From positions 806,514 through 870,513 of the forward strand of contig CP051246.1 of NCBI GenBank assembly GCA_017795085.1: 64,000 nucleotides of DNA, given 5' to 3'. This document shows positions 58,249-64,000 of this stretch, piece by piece. Positions within the stretch are counted from its first letter, which is position 1; every line of letters starts with the position of its first letter. Position numbers and translations under genes: made by a program. This stretch comes from Salegentibacter sp. Its GTDB lineage: Bacteria; Bacteroidota; Bacteroidia; Flavobacteriales; Flavobacteriaceae. The notes under the pieces were generated by a model, which saw only the letters and a program-made list of their open reading frames with translations, was not told the origin of the DNA and did not search any database.

Positions 58249-58827
58249 CTGGCTAACAACACGATAAATAACTCTTTTTTTATTGACCGTCTTAAAAAAG
58301 GTGAAGACACGGCCTATGAAACGCTGTTTCGCATTTACTTCGATAAATTGTGCTATTTTGCAAAAAGCTATATTGAGGATGAAGATGAAGCTAAAGAAAT
58401 AACCCAGAATGTTTTCTTCAAATTCTGGCAAAAGAGGGCTACTTTGACTATCGATTCAAATTTAAATGCCTATTTGTTCAGAATGATAAAAAATGAGTGT
58501 TTAGATTATTTTAAACATCAAAAAGTTAAAGTTAGCTACCAAAATAATATTCAAAGTGAAAGAGCAGCACTTAACCAAGCTTCTTTACAGGATAATCCCG
58601 GATTACTTTTGATTGAGAGCGAATTAGAAGTAAAGGTGAATCAGATACTCGATGATCTGCCACCACGTTGCAAGCAAATTTTTATAAAGAGTCGATTCGA
58701 AGGCTTAAAATATAAAGAGATTGCAAAAGAAATGAATATTTCTATTAAAACTGTGGAGCATCAAATTGCTAAAGCTTTGCGTTTATTTCGTCGAGAACTT
58801 CAAGAATATATGGGACTTTTCTTATAA
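58249..58827 (+). CDS. ECF sigma-70 factor (Bacteroidota PUL-type). Probable non-ATG start (CTG 58249)
   Basis: The frame is open from 58243 after a TAA: LKKGEDTAYETLFRIYFDKLCYFA...EITQNVFFKFW...LPPRCKQIF...YKEIAKEMNISIKTVE. Confidence 0.88.
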   Translation: MANNTINNSFFIDRLKKGEDTAYETLFRIYFDKLCYFAKSYIEDEDEAKEITQNVFFKFWQKRATLTIDSNLNAYLFRMIKNECLDYFKHQKVKVSYQNNIQSERAALNQASLQDNPGLLLIESELEVKVNQILDDLPPRCKQIFIKSRFEGLKYKEIAKEMNISIKTVEHQIAKALRLFRRELQEYMGLFL

Positions 58828-58906
58828 TTCATTAAATAAATCTTAAAAAAATAATTAACCGAATAGGGGGAAACTTATTCTGTATCGTCATATCTATATA
58901 GGACTT

Positions 58907-59881
58907 ATGAAAAAAGAAGATTTAATACGATTTATAAAGGGAACGGGAGACTGTAAGTTTCAGCAGTCAGTGATTGATTGGGTGAAATCTTCCGCTGAAA
59001 ACAGAAGTCATTATAATAAGGTTAAAGCCGAATATGTGAGTAAGTTTGGTACGGGCGATCACCTGGATATAGATATTGAAAAAGAATTTGATCGGTTTCA
59101 AATTAAAAAGCAAAGAAGCTATAGTAGAACTTTGTTTACCAGGATTGCTGCAGTAATAACTATTGCACTTCTTACCGCAGGGGGCTGGTTTTTAATGCAA
59201 AGTAATCTGTCCTCTGAGCCCTTGGCTATTTATAAAGCTGAGCCAAGTTCTATGGAGGAGATTATCTTACCTGATGGGAGTAAGGTTTTTCTAAACTCTG
59301 AAAGTGTTATAAAAATATCTAATGCCTTTAACCAATCAAATCGTGAAGTCACTCTTGAGGGGGAAGCATTCTTTGAAGTTCAGAAAAACAAGAGCAAACC
59401 TTTTCTTGTGAATACTGAGTCTAACCTACAAATAAGGGTGTTAGGCACTAGCTTTAATGTTAAGTCTTATAAAACAGATCAAATTATTGAAACCACTTTG
59501 GTGAGTGGAAAAGTGGAACTTTTGCAAAAGAATAAAAGCCAGGCTGTGATTGCACTTTCTCCGAATCAAAAGGCAAGCTATAATAAATTGGAAGATAAAC
59601 TGAATGTGGATATTGTTAGTACTGGAGAAATTACTTCCTGGAGAAGTGGAGTACTAATATTTGACAATGAGCCTGTACAAAATGTTATCAACAATCTGGA
59701 AAGATGGTATGATGTTAAGATTCAAATTGAAGACAGGGAGATTAAAACATATACATTTTCAGGAAAAGTGAATCGGGAAAAAAACATAGAAGAAGTTTTG
59801 CAACTTATTGAGGCTTCGTCGCCTGTAAAATATGAATACGATGAAAACAAAAAGACTTTTATTTTAAGAGGAGACAAATAA
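58907..59881 (+). CDS. fecR: FecR-family anti-sigma factor
   Basis: TM helix, LPDGSKVFLNSES, REVTLEGEAFFEV, VLGTSFNV and LERWYDV. Confidence 0.92.
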   Translation: MKKEDLIRFIKGTGDCKFQQSVIDWVKSSAENRSHYNKVKAEYVSKFGTGDHLDIDIEKEFDRFQIKKQRSYSRTLFTRIAAVITIALLTAGGWFLMQSNLSSEPLAIYKAEPSSMEEIILPDGSKVFLNSESVIKISNAFNQSNREVTLEGEAFFEVQKNKSKPFLVNTESNLQIRVLGTSFNVKSYKTDQIIETTLVSGKVELLQKNKSQAVIALSPNQKASYNKLEDKLNVDIVSTGEITSWRSGVLIFDNEPVQNVINNLERWYDVKIQIEDREIKTYTFSGKVNREKNIEEVLQLIEASSPVKYEYDENKKTFILRGDK

Positions 59882-59885
59882 AAAG

Positions 59886-59913
59886 TAAGGGAAGTGCGGC
59901 AACACCTCCCTTA
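59886..59913 (+). terminator. Hairpin between fecR and susC (terminator or leader element)
   Basis: TAAGGGAAGTG-CGGCAA-CACCTCCCTTA. Confidence 0.55.
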
Positions 59914-59970
59914 TTGTTTAGCATTGTTTCTTGATGTGTGAACTAGAGTAATAACTAAACCTTCAAAACT

Positions 59971-62900
59971 ATGAAAAAAAAGTTGAATGGCCCTATGCCT
60001 AATGGCTGTACGGATGATTTTTCTAAAAAATTAATCAGAATTATGAAAATCTATTCCTTAATCTTATGCCTAACCATTGTAAAAATTTCCGCAGCTAGTT
60101 TTACAGTTCATGGGCAAAGCATTAAGCTGGATTATCAGGATACGGAATTGCGCACGATCCTCTCGGACCTTGAAGCGCAAACAGATTACAATTTTTTCTA
60201 TAATAATAAATTGGTAGATGAAAATATGAAAATTAATATTAACTATTCTAGTGAGAATGTTAATGAAATAATGAATCATATTTTAAAATCTACTAACGTA
60301 AATTTTAAAATAATAAATAACAATATTGTCTTATATACTGAGGTTTTGCCGGAAGCCAGGGAAAATATGAATAGCCCAAACCTGAAACGTAAATTAACTC
60401 AGCACGTTAATGCACTTAATTTTAACAAGTTTCAACAACAAATTAGCGGAAAGGTTGTGGATAACAATGGGTTACCTTTGCCGGGTGTAAATGTTATTAT
60501 TCAGAATACGAGCCAGGGAACCCAGACCGATTTTGATGGAGCCTTTAGTATAGAAGCAGAAGAGGGAGATGTATTAGAGTTTAGTTATTTAGGTATGGAG
60601 TCTCAAACCTTCGCAATTTCCGATGTTGAAGACTCCATTGAAATAGTTATGATAAACGATGCAGATCAGCTTAGTGAAGTTTTGGTTGTTGCGTATGGGA
60701 AACAAAGCAGAGCGTCGTTTACCGGAGCTGCAGTAGATGTTGATGTTAGTAAAATTGACGAGTCCCCGCTAGCTTCCTTCCAGGAAAGTTTACAGGGGAA
60801 TGTTGCAGGTCTACAGATGTCCACCGAAAGCGGTCAGCCCGGAGCATCACCTAATATAAGGATAAGGGGAATCGGCTCTATTAATGCCAGTTCAGACCCC
60901 CTATATGTTGTAGATGGAATTCCCGTAGTATCAGGTGATATTTCTCAGATAGCAACAAGTTCAAATACAATTGCAGGAATCAACCCTAAGGATATAGAAA
61001 ACATAACAGTTTTAAAAGATGCTTCAGCTACTTCTATTTACGGATCAAGAGGTGCTAATGGGGTTATTCTCATCACTACTAAGCAAGGAAAAGAGGGGAA
61101 GACTACTTTTGAAATTGGCGCACAGCGAGGGATAAGTCAAATGATATTACCTGACCGAAATAAGCCTCTTAATACAGCTCAACATTTAGAATTATTAATT
61201 GAAAGTAGGGTGAATACAGGTGATACCCAGCAAGAAGCAGAGGATTTTATATATAATAGTGTGGATAGAACTATTGATACCGACTGGGAAGATGTTATTA
61301 CGCGAAATGGAACTTACGAGCAGTACAATGTGAGTGCCAGCGGGGGCTCAGAGAAAACACAATTCTTTGCTTCCCTCGGGATGTACAAACAAGAGGGTGT
61401 AATTATTGGGATAGGCTATGATAAATTAAATGCCCGGTTAAATGTTAATCATCAAGCCAATGACAAACTAAAAATTGATTTTGGAATAGCTGCAAATAAT
61501 CAGAAACTCAACACTAATAGTGATGCAGGAAGTGCACATAATCCGGTACGTGCTTTGGCTAGAGTTGTTCCGTGGGAGCCGGTTTATAATGAGGATGGGA
61601 GTTACAATACCAATATTCTTCTTACGTATAATCCAGTGGGGCTTGTAGAAGAAAATATTCGAGAAACTAAAATATATGGAATTTTGGGGAATTTGGGTTT
61701 AACCTATGATTTTACTGAAAATCTTAGTTTTCAATCCAAAGGGAATATTGATTTTAATTTGGCCGATGAATTTCGTTTTGATAACCCGGTATTTGGAGAA
61801 GGAAGAAATGACGGCGGAAGAGGTCGGGCCTATAACAATAAGGTGATTAATTATAATATTACCAACCTGCTAAAATATAACTGGAATATAAATGAGAGTC
61901 ATAATCTGGATTTTACATTGGGTCAGGAAGCTCAAAGGATTGAAAGAAATTCGGTTTATGCTTACGTAAGTAATTATGGAGCGCCCGGTTTAACTACTTT
62001 GGAGAATGCCTCAGTTTATCGTAATGCAACAAACAGCCTAACTGCTTCTTCAATTTCCTCTTATTTTTTAAATGCAAGTTATGCCTTTAATGATAAATAC
62101 TATTTAAACGCCACGGCTCGTAGGGATGGATCCTCTCGGTTTGGTTCAGATGTTAGGTATGCCAATTTCGGCTCTGTTGGAGCAGCCTGGAATATTATGG
62201 CAGAAGATTTTATGAAAGATGTGGAACTAGTTAAGGAATTAAAACTACGATCCAGTTATGGTGTTAATGGAAATCAAGAAATCGGTAATTTTGCTTCTCG
62301 CGGATTGTATTCTACAGGAGCTGACTATAATGGTGAACCCGGATATGTCTATAGCCAACAATCAAATCCAACATTAACCTGGGAAAAAAATAAACCTTTT
62401 AATATTGGACTTGACTTTAATCTCAATCACCGAATAACCGGAACAGTGGAGTATTATACAAGAACTACTACTGACCTTTTATTTAATGTGCCAATCTCAG
62501 CTACTAACGGTATTACTAATTTCTTAGCCAATATTGGTGAAATGAAAAATTCAGGTTGGGAGTTTGCAGTCAACACTGTAAACATAGATAATCCGGAAGG
62601 TTTTAATTGGAACACAAATTTCAATATTACGACCAATGCCAATGAAATAACAAAATTACAGGATGATGAAGCTATTGTAGATGGAAATTATATAAGAGAA
62701 ATTGGAGATGATTTTTATACTTTCTATATGCCCGGTTTTGCGGGTGCCGATCCTGACAACGGTGAAGCTTTATGGTATACTGACGAGAGCGAAACAGCTA
62801 CTACTAATCAGTATAGTGAAGCTCAGCCATATAAGCAGGGAAGCGGTTTGCCTGATTTCTATTCAGGTTTAACCAATACGTTAAGCTATAAAGATTTAAG

Positions 62901-63360
62901 TCTCTCTTTTATGCTATATTTTAATTATGGCAATAAAGTTTATGATTATTGGGGCAGATATACTAACAGTGATGGAAGTGCTCAGCTTAATGATAGGGGA
63001 AATATGACCCAAAACATCTATGAAAACAGATGGCAAAATCCTGGTGATATTACTGATGTTCCTAAAGTTGTTTGGGGGAATTCTCAATCTGGGCTTTCGA
63101 GTCAGCATTCTACCAGATTTCTTTATGATGGTACTTATTTGAGACTAAGAGATGTTACTTTATCCTATAATTTACCTGAAAGTCTTATAGAGCGGATAAA
63201 GGTGAACAATTTCCGTTTGTACCTAAAAGGAAACAATCTTTTAACCTGGGTAAAAGATGATAAAATAGAAATGGATCCGGAGGTTGGAATCACAGGACAA
63301 TCTGACCTAAGAATACCTATTTCACGACAAGTTTTAGTGGGATTAGATCTTTCATTTTAA
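59971..63360 (+). CDS. susC: SusC/RagA TonB-dependent transporter with an N-terminal STN signalling domain
   Basis: ISGKV...LPGVNVII, IRIRG, PLYVVDG, LKDASATSIYGSRGANGVILITTK and terminal LDLSF. Confidence 0.96.
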   Translation: MKKKLNGPMPNGCTDDFSKKLIRIMKIYSLILCLTIVKISAASFTVHGQSIKLDYQDTELRTILSDLEAQTDYNFFYNNKLVDENMKININYSSENVNEIMNHILKSTNVNFKIINNNIVLYTEVLPEARENMNSPNLKRKLTQHVNALNFNKFQQQISGKVVDNNGLPLPGVNVIIQNTSQGTQTDFDGAFSIEAEEGDVLEFSYLGMESQTFAISDVEDSIEIVMINDADQLSEVLVVAYGKQSRASFTGAAVDVDVSKIDESPLASFQESLQGNVAGLQMSTESGQPGASPNIRIRGIGSINASSDPLYVVDGIPVVSGDISQIATSSNTIAGINPKDIENITVLKDASATSIYGSRGANGVILITTKQGKEGKTTFEIGAQRGISQMILPDRNKPLNTAQHLELLIESRVNTGDTQQEAEDFIYNSVDRTIDTDWEDVITRNGTYEQYNVSASGGSEKTQFFASLGMYKQEGVIIGIGYDKLNARLNVNHQANDKLKIDFGIAANNQKLNTNSDAGSAHNPVRALARVVPWEPVYNEDGSYNTNILLTYNPVGLVEENIRETKIYGILGNLGLTYDFTENLSFQSKGNIDFNLADEFRFDNPVFGEGRNDGGRGRAYNNKVINYNITNLLKYNWNINESHNLDFTLGQEAQRIERNSVYAYVSNYGAPGLTTLENASVYRNATNSLTASSISSYFLNASYAFNDKYYLNATARRDGSSRFGSDVRYANFGSVGAAWNIMAEDFMKDVELVKELKLRSSYGVNGNQEIGNFASRGLYSTGADYNGEPGYVYSQQSNPTLTWEKNKPFNIGLDFNLNHRITGTVEYYTRTTTDLLFNVPISATNGITNFLANIGEMKNSGWEFAVNTVNIDNPEGFNWNTNFNITTNANEITKLQDDEAIVDGNYIREIGDDFYTFYMPGFAGADPDNGEALWYTDESETATTNQYSEAQPYKQGSGLPDFYSGLTNTLSYKDLSLSFMLYFNYGNKVYDYWGRYTNSDGSAQLNDRGNMTQNIYENRWQNPGDITDVPKVVWGNSQSGLSSQHSTRFLYDGTYLRLRDVTLSYNLPESLIERIKVNNFRLYLKGNNLLTWVKDDKIEMDPEVGITGQSDLRIPISRQVLVGLDLSF

Positions 63361-63371
63361 AAATTTAAGCA

Positions 63372-64000
63372 ATGAGAAAAAATATAATATATATAATAGT
63401 TAGTACCTGGGCATTTTTATTCATTTCCTGTAGTGAGGATTTTCTTGAAATAGACCCAGAGCAAAATGTAGCTGCTGAAAATGCAGTGGTAGACCTTAAC
63501 ACACTTCAAACTGCGCTCAACGGGGTGTATAGTAATTTGCAAAGCAATGGGTATTATGGTAGAAATCTATACGTGATGCCTGAGCTTATGGCCGATAATC
63601 TTTTTTTAAGCCTTCGAAATACAGGGAGATATCTGGATTTTAATAATTTTGTGGTTAGTAAAGAAGACTCTTATGTTGAGAGTAGCTGGAATTCAATATA
63701 CGAAGTTGCTGTAAATGCCAATCGAGTAATTGACGGAGGCGAGAATATCCTAGAAGAATTTCCCGGTCAGGAAGCACAAATTAAACAGCTTATAGGAGAG
63801 GCTTATGCGCTGCGAAGTTTGGCTCACTTTGACCTTGTTCGACTATTTGCCCAACCATATAATTATACTTTAGTAGCAAATGAGAACTATGAAGAGCTCT
63901 GGGCTGTAGATTTTAACCAGGAAACCTTAATGGAAGTAATAAATACTATTGCCGATAATGCTGGCACAAATGGGTTAGGACACTTCTTTGATGTTACCGG
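63372..64000 (+). CDS. susD: SusD/RagB lipoprotein, 3'-partial (not in the ORF track)
   Basis: MRKNII...FLFISC lipobox, DFLEIDP, LNGVY and GEAYALRSLAHFDLVRLFAQPY. The frame is open to the window end. Confidence 0.88.
   Translation, partial: MRKNIIYIIVSTWAFLFISCSEDFLEIDPEQNVAAENAVVDLNTLQTALNGVYSNLQSNGYYGRNLYVMPELMADNLFLSLRNTGRYLDFNNFVVSKEDSYVESSWNSIYEVAVNANRVIDGGENILEEFPGQEAQIKQLIGEAYALRSLAHFDLVRLFAQPYNYTLVANENYEELWAVDFNQETLMEVINTIADNAGTNGLGHFFDVT

Noticed and set aside
59882-59970. susC upstream region as the in-cis target of the guides
   Set aside because: I found no match to CGTGGGCT or AACGTAGA on either strand, and this susC already has its own ECF/FecR pair. The search was by eye only.
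988-63108. The many 60-125-aa ORFs antisense or out of frame to long genes (e.g. 988-1194, 4185-4463, 12727-13098, 29774-30115, 62914-63108)
   Set aside because: They are fully nested in well-supported genes and have no recognisable motifs. Treated as shadow ORFs.
1-64000. tRNA or rRNA genes, including a tRNA integration target
   Set aside because: No cloverleaf or rRNA-like sequence was recognised. The integration site is the protein-coding gene mnmE.

Overview
AT-rich Bacteroidota DNA, probably Flavobacteriaceae (inferred from gldG, GLPGLI, SusC/D and TAnnTTTG promoters). Bases 1-4986 are core genome: gldG (5'-partial), dnaN, a DUF4870-like gene and mnmE. The last 19 bp of mnmE (TTCTGTATTGGTAAATAAA, 4969-4987) recur at 40381-40399 and bound a 35.4-kb integrative mobilizable element (element A). 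Its backbone is a tyrosine integrase, a coupled membrane ORF, an excisionase, a VapE-like helicase, an iteron-like cluster, a primase, MobC, a relaxase and an Xre-RES toxin-antitoxin pair. Its cargo includes two hydrolases and lgt, a large defence block (putative Abi, HEPN/ApeA-like, type I RM, McrB, inactivated McrC) and an unassigned GHKL-ATPase plus double-PRTase-like gene pair. The standout cargo is an HTH / ECF sigma / nuclease-dead Cas12f(TnpB)-like locus followed by three tandem 69-nt structured RNA scaffolds with variable 3' ends. This matches the recently reported dCas12f-sigmaE RNA-guided transcription systems, here with a multi-guide array whose targets I could not find in the window. 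From 40400 to about 58000 lie decayed remnants of what look like up to three more copies of the same element family, scrambled by deletions, one IS1380 and a second copy of an IS5-family element. The window ends in an ECF sigma-FecR-SusC-SusD locus. No tRNA, rRNA or classical CRISPR array was seen. All family calls come from motif recognition by eye, not database searches.
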